This document shows, piece after piece, positions 30,129 through 38,709 of a stretch of DNA of 64,000 nt. The notes under the pieces were generated by a model. The model worked only from the letters and a program-made list of their open reading frames with translations. It had not been told where the DNA came from and did no database searches. Source of the stretch: a candidate division TM6 bacterium GW2011_GWF2_37_49 (GTDB lineage Bacteria; Babelota; Babeliae; Babelales; RVW-14); assembly GCA_000989955.1 (NCBI GenBank), contig LBTE01000003.1:33847-97846 (forward strand), written 5' to 3'. Positions within the stretch are counted from its first letter, which is position 1. Each line of letters begins with the position of its first letter. The translations under genes and the position numbers were made by a program.

Positions 30129-31127
30129 ATGAATTATCTATTAAAACGTTCAACATTTATTATTATTTTTTTAATTTACTGTCATGCAAATTTTTTGGAT
30201 CTAAAGCCTGCAATTCAAACAGAATTAAACACGAATCCGTCAAAATTATCTGCGCACACGCCAGATAACATCACAGAGCCTGAAAATATTATACACAAGC
30301 TAAAGAACTCGATCTCTTCACAAGATTCGTTTTTTTACATTCTACTGCTTTCATTTCTGGCAGGCATTTTTATAAGCTTCACACCATGCGTTTATCCAAT
30401 GATTCCGATAACTGCAGGTATTTTGCAAACACAGGCAACAACATCAATGTCTCACAATTTTCTGTCATCATTGTTTTACGTTCTTGGAATGGCCGTTATT
30501 TATGCTGGTCTTGGTGTTATGTCCGCCACCACGTCTATTGTTTTTGGTCAGTGGACATCAAATCCAATTTTTATATTTTTTATTGTTCTATTATTTTTAT
30601 TTTTGGCGTTTTCACTGTTTGGGTTTTATGAAATTAAAATGCCACAATTTTTAACCAGAACGCAAGACTCCCAAATTCAGGGATCCCAAACCAAAACCTC
30701 GCTGCCCAAGAGCTTTTTACTTGGTTTTTTTTCGGGCGCTATCGCGTCGCCGTGCATTACGCCGGCCCTGGCAATACTTTTGACATTTGTTGCAGACAAA
30801 GGCAACCCCGTGCTGGGATTTTTTGCCCTCTTCATTTTTGCGCTTGGAATGGGCACGTTATTGATAATCATCGGCACAGCATCATCTTCACTAAACGCCT
30901 TGCCAAGATCAGGTGAATGGATGCTTAAAGTTAAAGAATTTATTGGATTTTTGATGATTGCGATGAGTATTTATTTTTGCAAGCCTTTGATTTCTGCAAA
31001 AATAGCCTTCATGCTGTACTTATCTCTGTCAATATTCATTTTGGTGTTTTATGGGATAAAAATTGTACAAAACATTAAAAAACACCAAACGCCAAAATCC
31101 AATAACACCTCCCAAAACCCTCATTAA
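30129..31127 (+). CDS. DsbD/CcdA-type transmembrane electron transporter (no C-terminal thioredoxin domain)
   Basis: SFTPCVYPMIPI, ASPCITP, LPRSGEWM. Confidence 0.88.
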   Translation: MNYLLKRSTFIIIFLIYCHANFLDLKPAIQTELNTNPSKLSAHTPDNITEPENIIHKLKNSISSQDSFFYILLLSFLAGIFISFTPCVYPMIPITAGILQTQATTSMSHNFLSSLFYVLGMAVIYAGLGVMSATTSIVFGQWTSNPIFIFFIVLLFLFLAFSLFGFYEIKMPQFLTRTQDSQIQGSQTKTSLPKSFLLGFFSGAIASPCITPALAILLTFVADKGNPVLGFFALFIFALGMGTLLIIIGTASSSLNALPRSGEWMLKVKEFIGFLMIAMSIYFCKPLISAKIAFMLYLSLSIFILVFYGIKIVQNIKKHQTPKSNNTSQNPH

Positions 31128-31134
31128 AACAGCT

Positions 31135-31269
31135 ATACATTCATATTAGGCTTCCAAAAGCACGACCTGTTCGAACCAATCTAGAAATTTATAAATTTTT
31201 AAATACCTCCAGCAGACATCGATCTAGAGCGGTCTAAACAAGCATTTTTTCAAAAAGTGTAACTATTCA
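31135..31269 (+). repeat. 135-bp dispersed intergenic element, copy 7
   Basis: atacat 31135; ctagaaatttataaatttttaa at +46; ends tgtaactattca. Confidence 0.75.
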
Positions 31270-31350
31270 GGTGCCACATAAAAAATGTCAAAATGCTGCA
31301 GTTAAAAGCTTTTTCACTGTTGACAATGCGAAAATCCAGACTCGATCAAA

Positions 31351-32244
31351 TCACTTGTTTATTATTCGCTTTATTTCATTCGCAAATAATTGGGTTATGT
31401 CATTTATAAAAAATTTGCTTGAAAGAGCGTTGTGTTGAATGCTATTTGTTACGAAAATTTTGCTGATTTTTGATTCTTCCAGCTTTAATAAGGCATCCCG
31501 TGATAAAACTGCGTGAGTTATACATGCTTCTACCGATAAAGCTCCACAATCAAGTAAGAGTTCAGCCGCCATGCAAAGCGTATTGCCAGTATCGACAATG
31601 TCATCAAAAATAACGCATGATTTATTTGATACATTCCCGATAACTTCGTTCATAGAACATGTATTGAACTTTTCCCTACTTTTGTCGACTATGGCAAACT
31701 TTGCACCAACCATGATCCCAAATTTTTGTGTGCGCTGGAGCCCCCCAGTATCGGGAGAAACAACAACAAAATCCTTGCGATCCCTGAATAATTCGGCAAA
31801 AATAGGTGCTGAATTTAAGTTTTGTACATCAATTCTGAAAAATCCCTCAACCTGAGGTGAGTGTAAATCCAAAGTTATCAAATGATCCACCCCTGCAACT
31901 TCGATTAAAGAAGCAACCAAACGTGCCGAAATTGGTCCATAATTGTATGTTGGGCGATCTTGTCTGCCATATCCCAAATATGGAACAACAGCAATTATTT
32001 TTTTAGCACCAGCCCTCTTGGCTGCATCAACCATCAATAAAAGTTCCATGAGACGGTCGTTGGCGGGTTTTGCAGTAGACTGAACTATTATGATATCTTC
32101 ATCTCGCATGTTTGTTGAAATTTGCACCCTAAGTTCATCATCGGCAAATCGCCTTATGTCAGCTTCTATGCATTCAACTCCTAAGCATTTGCTTAAATTG
32201 TCTGCCAATTGTTTTTGCTTATTACTTGTTATAATTTTGGACAT
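31351..32244 (-). CDS. prs: Ribose-phosphate pyrophosphokinase
   Basis: FAD.E, LMELLLMVDA, PYLGYGRQDR, DLHS, VSPD.GG, DDIVDTG.T; GGAGG RBS. Confidence 0.95.
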   Translation of the reverse strand: MSKIITSNKQKQLADNLSKCLGVECIEADIRRFADDELRVQISTNMRDEDIIIVQSTAKPANDRLMELLLMVDAAKRAGAKKIIAVVPYLGYGRQDRPTYNYGPISARLVASLIEVAGVDHLITLDLHSPQVEGFFRIDVQNLNSAPIFAELFRDRKDFVVVSPDTGGLQRTQKFGIMVGAKFAIVDKSREKFNTCSMNEVIGNVSNKSCVIFDDIVDTGNTLCMAAELLLDCGALSVEACITHAVLSRDALLKLEESKISKIFVTNSIQHNALSSKFFINDITQLFANEIKRIINK

Positions 32245-32259
32245 ACACTTAACCTCCAA

Positions 32260-32511
32260 TTAAGATTTACAGCGGTCTAGGTCGCATTTATTTCTTTCAT
32301 GAATAACATTAGCCACATCACCAACTTTTTGAACAATTCGATCAATGCCTTCTTGCAAAAGTTGCGTTGTGTAGCTAGTTGGTTGAGGATTGAGTCTTCA
32401 TTGTGCAATAACCTCATCTAGTCTAGCAAGCCAGAATGCAGGAGGAAAGTCAATACAATTGAAGCAGCTGTAATTTCCGCTATGACACGTTGATCCTGTT
32501 GGTATAATACC
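32260..32511 (-). pseudogene. hisIE: HisIE relic (phosphoribosyl-AMP cyclohydrolase C-terminus plus phosphoribosyl-ATP pyrophosphohydrolase N-part)
   Basis: Manual translation GIIPTGSTCHSGNYSCF...LARLDEVIAQ*RLNPQPTSYTTQLLQEGIDRIVQKVG; internal TGA, both ends missing. Confidence 0.85.
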
Positions 32512-32570
32512 ATTCTAATTTTAAAACCTACAAAACATTGCGCCATTCCAAAACATGCATAGACAGACTG

Positions 32571-32705
32571 ATACATCGACTATGGCCTCTCGCATGCGGC
32601 TATTCATCGGCTCTACCAAGAAATTTACAACTTTTTAGACCCCGCCAGCAACGTGCGATTGGATGGGGCTTGCCGAATTAAAATTTTCAAAATAAGGAAA
32701 AATGC
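32571..32705 (+). repeat. 135-bp dispersed intergenic element, copy 8
   Basis: atacatc, catcggc, ccaagaaatttacaactttttag, gattgg, cgaat. Confidence 0.92.
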
Positions 32706-32790
32706 CCCTGCTATTTACAGCTGGCTTCCAATCGTAGATTTACAACCAAACGCAAAAAGCTTTATTTTAGGTACTTTAACAACTTGGAAT
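32605..32790 (+). repeat. 186-bp near-identical inverted repeat, partner at 14009-14194
   Basis: Direct manual comparison. Confidence 0.9.
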
Positions 32791-32980
32791 GAATTAGCCG
32801 TTGCATTTCATTCTTGACTTTGCCTGACTTTGCCCAGGCTCTTAGACTAGAACAAATTCAAGCTGTAATTTGCATCCAATATATTTCGGGTTAAATTCAT
32901 TGCATTACAATGGTATAGTGAATAAAATTAGAAATATAGACACGCCTAAGCAAATTTCATAAATAACAAAGAGGTTTAAT

Positions 32981-34657
32981 ATGAAGAAGCTTCCTGTTGG
33001 GTTATGTGACTTCGAAGAAATCATATCAAAAAATTATTATTTCGTTGATAAATCCTTGTTAGTAAAGGACATTCTTGATGGCGGAGCAAAGGCAATTTTA
33101 ATTCCACGACCACGTCGATTTGGTAAAACATTAAACATGACAATGATCAAATGTTTTTTCGAAAAAACAACAGAATCTAAAATGCATCTTTTTGATAATT
33201 TAAATATTGCAAAACACAAAGATATCATGGCGTATCAAGGTCAATATCCTGTAATTTTTATGACATTTAAGGATATTAAAGAACCAAATTGGGAAGAATG
33301 CTATGAAAAAATTAAAGAAGTTATAGGTAATGAATTTAGGCGTTACAAATATTTACTTGAATCACAAATTCTAGATGACAAACAAAAACGAGATTTTTTG
33401 AATATCATCGATTGTTCCGCGAGCCAAAATATTTTTGAGAATTCGCTAAAAAATTTATCAGAATATCTAGCAATATACCATAATAAAAAGCCAATAATTT
33501 TGATAGATGAATATGATGTTCCTATTCAAGCAGGTTTTTTAAGTCATTACTATAAAGAAGTTATAAGCTTTATGCGAGGAATGCTTTCTGGAGGATTAAA
33601 AGATAACCCAAATTTGAGTTTTGCTGTGATGACTGGAATTTTACGTGTAGCAAAAGAAAGTATTTTTAGTGGGCTAAATAACCTTAAGGTTTGCTCACTG
33701 CTAAATAATGCCTACTCTGATAAATTTGGGCTGCTTGAACATGAAGTTCATGAATTAATGACTTATTTTGGCTTTTCAGAGAAAATGATTGATGTAAAAG
33801 AATGGTATAATGGATATGCTTCTGGTGACGATCACACCATTTATAATCCATGGTCCATCATAAATTTTGCAGATAATAATGGTAAATTCTATCCATACTG
33901 GTTAAATACAAGTGATAATTCGATTGTAAAAGAATTAATCGAAAAAGGAGCAGTGGATTTTAAATTAGATATTGAGCAACTAATAGCTGGAAATAACATA
34001 GAAAAATATGTAAATGAGAATATCATTTTTGATAGTGTTTTTTCACAATCAGATGCTGTCTGGAGTTTCCTATTGTTTAGCGGCTATTTGACATTTGATA
34101 AAATTTACTTAAAAGAAGAGCTTATTTATGGCTCACTACGTCTTCCAAACCTTGAAATCAAATCTTTTTATAAAGTTGTAATTCTTGAATGGCTTAAAAA
34201 CAAAATAAGCATGAATAATTATACCATGATGCTCAATTCGCTGGTTTCTGGAGATATAGAAGAGTTTAAAAATATTTTCTACGATTTTGTCATTAAAACC
34301 TTAAGCGTGTTTGATACAAGTGGAAAAGAACCTGAAAAATTTTATCATGCATTTGTGCTTGGAATGCTGGTTAGCCTGAGCGAAAATTATGAGGTAAAGT
34401 CAAACAAAGAGAGTGGATTTGGGCGCTATGATGTGATGGTAATTCCAAAAAATCCAAAACTTCGGGGTATAATTATGGAATTCAAAAAAGTTACAGACCT
34501 AATTGACAATTCACTTGATAAGGCGGTTGAAATTGCATTAACGCAAATTGATGATAAGAAATATGCAACAGAGTTATTGGCCAGAGGTGTTGAAAATATC
34601 GTGAAATTAGGGATAGCTTTTGATGGGAAAAGGGTGCTAGTTAAAGAGCGTATGTAA
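32981..34657 (+). CDS. AAA-ATPase_like plus PD-(D/E)xK nuclease (PDDEXK_9) protein
   Basis: KLPVG..DF, RPRRFGKTL, LIDEYD.P, WYNGY, YNPWS, EKFYH, SN.ESGFGRYD, MEFK. Confidence 0.9.
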   Translation: MKKLPVGLCDFEEIISKNYYFVDKSLLVKDILDGGAKAILIPRPRRFGKTLNMTMIKCFFEKTTESKMHLFDNLNIAKHKDIMAYQGQYPVIFMTFKDIKEPNWEECYEKIKEVIGNEFRRYKYLLESQILDDKQKRDFLNIIDCSASQNIFENSLKNLSEYLAIYHNKKPIILIDEYDVPIQAGFLSHYYKEVISFMRGMLSGGLKDNPNLSFAVMTGILRVAKESIFSGLNNLKVCSLLNNAYSDKFGLLEHEVHELMTYFGFSEKMIDVKEWYNGYASGDDHTIYNPWSIINFADNNGKFYPYWLNTSDNSIVKELIEKGAVDFKLDIEQLIAGNNIEKYVNENIIFDSVFSQSDAVWSFLLFSGYLTFDKIYLKEELIYGSLRLPNLEIKSFYKVVILEWLKNKISMNNYTMMLNSLVSGDIEEFKNIFYDFVIKTLSVFDTSGKEPEKFYHAFVLGMLVSLSENYEVKSNKESGFGRYDVMVIPKNPKLRGIIMEFKKVTDLIDNSLDKAVEIALTQIDDKKYATELLARGVENIVKLGIAFDGKRVLVKERM

Positions 34658-34676
34658 AAATTTATGGGGGAGATAT

Positions 34677-35417
34677 ATGAGGATACGCAATTTGGTATTT
34701 ATAATATTTAGCGGTTTGATTTGCAACTTAAATGTTTTGGCAAATGATGCCACAACATGTTCACTGCTGAATGCGGCAAGTGCTGGCGATCTTGAGGGAG
34801 TAGTAGCAGCAATCACTGCGGGAGCCGATGTTAATGCAACTATTAAATGCGATGGGTATGAGAATGGCCTCTCAGCGCTACACTTGGCTGTATCTCAAGA
34901 TTATAGCTTAATAGTTAGCGAGCTACTTAAACAAAAACAAATTAATGTAAATATTATCATCAAAGAGTGTGGCAAATACAAGGGATTCACACCTTTACAT
35001 CTTGCAGCATTTCTTGATTCTGGTAAATCGGCCAAATAGCTCTGCAATCATCCAAACATTTTGGTTAACACAAAAGTAGACAGTTGCGGAAAGTACAAAG
35101 GATATACACCTCTTCATCTTGCCTCAGTTCGAGGATACGCGTCAGCTGTTCAGGCTCTTGTTCAACACAAAGATATTACCATTAATGAGGCAATCGAATG
35201 TGATGGGAAATATAAGAGCTTTATGCCGCTGCATTTGGCCATATTCAAAGGATACAGGTTTGCAGTTATTGAACTGTTACAGCACAAAAATATTGATGTG
35301 AATGCTACTATCAAAAATGATGGTGAATACAATGAATTTACACCATTAAAACTTGCAGTATCAATTGATTATCCCAAAATCATACACGAATTGTTGAAAC
35401 ACAAAGCCTATCAATAA
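34677..35417 (+). pseudogene. Secreted ankyrin-repeat protein split by in-frame TAG at 35037-35039
   Basis: ORFs 34677..35039 and 35061..35417 are in one frame; G.TPLHLA repeats continue across the stop. Confidence 0.85.
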
Positions 35418-35455
35418 TCCGAGACTTGTTAAATAATTATTAACTTATAAAAAAA

Positions 35456-35490
35456 TGGCTCCCCTGGAAGGATTATTTTAGAACTTTTGC
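35456..35490 (+). mobile_element. Probable att-site relic duplicating the tRNA-Asn 3' end
   Basis: tggctcccc identical to 38370-38378; reads WLPWKDYFRTF. Confidence 0.45.
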
Positions 35491-35609
35491 ATTTCAATTT
35501 GTTGGAATTGAAACGATACTACACAATGAATTTTGTAAAATTGCGGTTTGACGTAAACATCAGTTATCCTGAAAATGATATTTATTTATTTTTTATCTAA
35601 GGGTGGGGT

Positions 35610-36596
35610 ATGATGATATTTAAACTATGTCTGTTTTCAGGTTTATTGCTATTTTATAACGCTATACTTTTTCCATGTACGGATACAGCAGAGATAAAGG
35701 CGCCTAAAAAGCTTACCTTCAAAAAGTTATATACCTTAAAGGGGCATGTCGATGTTGTGCAGTTTTTAAAAATACTCAAAGACGAAGTACTTATTTCAGG
35801 ATCTGCCGATACAACAATGCGAGCGTGGAGCATGGAAGGCACTTGTATAAAAAAATTATACAATAGCAGGGGATGGATAAATAAAATTATTGAATTATCA
35901 GATGGAAGAATTGCTTGTGGCGCAAATGGTGGTGGAATAAATATTTGGAACATGGAAAAAAATTCATACATCACATTACCCAATCTAAAAAAAGAAAATT
36001 ATTACGGCAATTCAGTCATTCAGCTGGCAAATGGTAATTTAGCCTTCAGTACCTGGAAGGGTGACATAAATGTCTGGGATATCGAAAAGGACACGTGCGT
36101 AAAAACAACCGCATTAAAAGAGCATGCGGCTTGGATAAGTTCGCTTATTGAGCTAAAAGATTCTAATTATTTGGCAACATCCTCATGGGATTCAAATATA
36201 AGAATTTGGGATGCATCAAATGATAAAATTTCCAGCATTAGAACGCTTTTTGGACACACGGACTGTGTTAATGCAGTTGTACAAATAGATGAAAAACGTC
36301 TAGCATCAGCTTCTGATGATAAAACAATTAAAATTTGGCAAATTGATTGTAATGAAAACAAAGCAACTCTTTCTGGGCATGATGATGGAGTTTATGCACT
36401 AATTATTGTGGATGGAAAAATTATTTCTGGTTCGCGAGATAAAACCGTAAAAATTTGGGATTCTGAATCAAAAAATTGTCTATTAACAATCCCATGTGAA
36501 GACAAAATACATTCACTAGAATTCTCTGCAAAAAATCAATATCTTTTTGTTGGACAAAGCGGCGGAAATATTGAAGTTTTTCAGATATTTTTATAA
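35610..36596 (+). CDS. Secreted WD40-repeat protein
   Basis: Signal peptide; LxGH...SGSxDxTIKIW repeats. Confidence 0.92.
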   Translation: MMIFKLCLFSGLLLFYNAILFPCTDTAEIKAPKKLTFKKLYTLKGHVDVVQFLKILKDEVLISGSADTTMRAWSMEGTCIKKLYNSRGWINKIIELSDGRIACGANGGGINIWNMEKNSYITLPNLKKENYYGNSVIQLANGNLAFSTWKGDINVWDIEKDTCVKTTALKEHAAWISSLIELKDSNYLATSSWDSNIRIWDASNDKISSIRTLFGHTDCVNAVVQIDEKRLASASDDKTIKIWQIDCNENKATLSGHDDGVYALIIVDGKIISGSRDKTVKIWDSESKNCLLTIPCEDKIHSLEFSAKNQYLFVGQSGGNIEVFQIFL

Positions 36597-36609
36597 ACAT
36601 ACTAAAATT

Positions 36610-38211
36610 TTATTTTTCTTGGCTATTGTTGATATATTTAACCTTGTAGGTCAAATCAAAATTTTTTGGTTCACGCTTAAAAGACAACCCCAGCAATGTT
36701 ATTGGCTTACCATAAACAAGCAATGACTCATAGTAATGGCGCTGATCAACCTGGTCGAGAGCTACATCTACAGAACTGTTAAGTTTTATTTCAATTACGT
36801 ACAATACATTTGGTAACTCAAGAAGTAAGTCAATACGACCATGACTCATCGAATATTCCGATTGTGATTTAATACCAGCTGCACCAAATGTAACCTGTAG
36901 CAGCGCATGATAAAATTTTTCTTCCTTCATATGTAATTGATATGGAACATTGGTGAAAAGTTGTTTGATTAATGTAATAACCTCATCAATATTTCCTGCA
37001 ATTAAAGCCGCTCTAAGCTGTAGCGATATCCGTTCAGCTGATATAAAATCAAGCTGAGTAAAAATTCCAAGAAGATGCGTCTGTAAGGCAGTTTTAACTT
37101 CATAGTTTGGATATCCAAGCCTGTATAATTTTTTGCCTTTGTCGAAGTTCTTAATCGTAAGATATCCTGTTTGAAACATAAGTGATGGAAGCGGCGTTGC
37201 CCTAACTTCAAATATCCCCAAGGATTCTTCAGTCGTTTCAAATTTTTCTGGATCAATAATGCGATATTCTTCCTTACGATACTCTTTTTTAAGTTCTTCA
37301 ACTAAAAAATTAGGGGTTCCTGACTGAAACCAAAAATTTTTGAACGAACGAGCTCGTAACGCATTCATAAAGGAAAAAGGATTGTATACAGAAAATAAAT
37401 TGCTTCCAAATGTGTATCCGTTATACCAAGTTTTGATTTGAAGCCGAAGATCATCGTATGAAATATTTTCTAAATTGCACCATTCCTTGATGTAATCACT
37501 AAAATAGGAATCCACCTCTTCATTTGTATAACCACAGATATTTGAATAGGCATTATCAAGAGTTATATCGAGTAAGTTGTTTATTCCAGAGAATAGTCCG
37601 GCTCTTGCAAATGCGCTGACACCAGTTATAAAAACAAAATCGATAAAAGCATCCATTCCTTTAATTGCTGCAAAAAAACGGCGTGTAGCATTGCGAATTT
37701 CTTCAGCTTGATTAGCATCCTTGAGAACCTGCAAAATGGGATTATCATATTCGTCAACTAGAATAGCTACCCTGCCAAAACGGTTGTATAATTCCTTCAC
37801 AACATCGCGCAGCGCAAGTTCTGGATTTGTTGTGCTTATTTCAACCTCAAGAGAATAGTCTTGTACAACTTCACCTAAGGCATGACACAATCCTGTTTTA
37901 AATGTTTCTGTGCTATCTATACCAAGAGACGATAGATCAAACTCAATTACACCATACTTTTCCCAGTTATAATCACTGTTATGAATCCATAATCCTTCAA
38001 AAAGCTCTTTGTTTCCATGTAAAATTTCTCTAAGTGTTGAAACAAACAATGATTTTCCAAACCTACGAGGGCGAGAAAGAAAATACCGATTACCACCAGT
38101 AATAAGATCATAGGCATACTTGGTCTTATCAACATACAAATAACCAGATTTACGCATTTTACGAAATGTGCTGATATCAATGGGAAGTTTTAACAACACG
38201 ATATTCTCCAT
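36610..38211 (-). CDS. AAA-ATPase_like plus PD-(D/E)xK nuclease protein
   Basis: YVDKT, SRPRRFGKSL, LVDEYDNP, WYNGY, YNPFS, EKFYH, GRIDL...IEIK. Confidence 0.9.
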   Translation of the reverse strand: MENIVLLKLPIDISTFRKMRKSGYLYVDKTKYAYDLITGGNRYFLSRPRRFGKSLFVSTLREILHGNKELFEGLWIHNSDYNWEKYGVIEFDLSSLGIDSTETFKTGLCHALGEVVQDYSLEVEISTTNPELALRDVVKELYNRFGRVAILVDEYDNPILQVLKDANQAEEIRNATRRFFAAIKGMDAFIDFVFITGVSAFARAGLFSGINNLLDITLDNAYSNICGYTNEEVDSYFSDYIKEWCNLENISYDDLRLQIKTWYNGYTFGSNLFSVYNPFSFMNALRARSFKNFWFQSGTPNFLVEELKKEYRKEEYRIIDPEKFETTEESLGIFEVRATPLPSLMFQTGYLTIKNFDKGKKLYRLGYPNYEVKTALQTHLLGIFTQLDFISAERISLQLRAALIAGNIDEVITLIKQLFTNVPYQLHMKEEKFYHALLQVTFGAAGIKSQSEYSMSHGRIDLLLELPNVLYVIEIKLNSSVDVALDQVDQRHYYESLLVYGKPITLLGLSFKREPKNFDLTYKVKYINNSQEK

Positions 38212-38369
38212 CTGTGATTTGTTTGGATCTTTTATTGAAATTTCTCACTTAATCAAAAGAATACCAGAACTAAAAAAGATAGCAATTTTAGAAAACTCGC
38301 AAATTGTATTAATATCAAAATACCTTTAAATAAAGAGTAAAATTGCAACATTTGCAAATAGAAAAACAG

Positions 38370-38445
38370 TGGCTCCCCGAGCAGGACTCGAACCTGCGAC
38401 CTAACGATTAACAGTCGTGTGCTCTACCAACTGAGCTATCGAGGA
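38370..38445 (-). tRNA. tRNA-Asn(GTT)
   Basis: Reverse complement TCCTCGATAGCTCAG...cgac-tGTTaa-tcg...GTTCGAGTCC...CCA. Confidence 0.96.
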
Positions 38446-38465
38446 ACAATGATTTCAAAATGTCT

Positions 38466-38500
38466 TGCCATGCGTACTCCGACAAGCTCAGAATGAACGA
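38466..38500. repeat. Degenerate REP-like sequence between tRNAs
   Basis: ctccgacaagctcagaatgaacg, related to the element at 46867-47013. Confidence 0.45.
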
Positions 38501-38513
38501 CCTTGGCGAAATA

Positions 38514-38590
38514 TGGTGGGCGAAACAGGATTCGAACCTGTGACCCCCTGCTTGTAAGGCAGGTGCTCTAACCAGCTGAGCTATTCGCCC
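38514..38590 (-). tRNA. tRNA-Val(TAC)
   Basis: Reverse complement GGGCGAATAGCTCAG...cctgcc-tTACaa-gcagg...GTTCGAATCC...CCA. Confidence 0.97.
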
Positions 38591-38709
38591 ACTCAGATAT
38601 AAAAATATTTTCAAGTATTTAACTTGCTAAAATGGTAAATAAAAAAAGGGTTTTAGTCAAAGCTTTTTTACATTAAACAAATACTTATTTTTATGGTCTT
38701 TGCCAATTG

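Noticed and set aside
32815-32834. tgactttgcc tandem duplication
   Set aside because: Two copies of 10 bp only; no supporting context
32395-35039. Stop-codon reassignment suggested by in-frame TGA (hisIE) and TAG (ankyrin)
   Set aside because: Conserved genes end normally at TAG (pepA) and TGA (tkt, truA, dnaG) and have no internal stops
38221-38355. Possible further element copy downstream of tRNA-Asn
   Set aside because: Only aaaattgcaacatttgc resembles the end; no ATACAT and the core is out of register
38408-38614. 68-aa ORF
   Set aside because: Overlaps tRNA-Val and tRNA-Asn; translation of tRNA sequence
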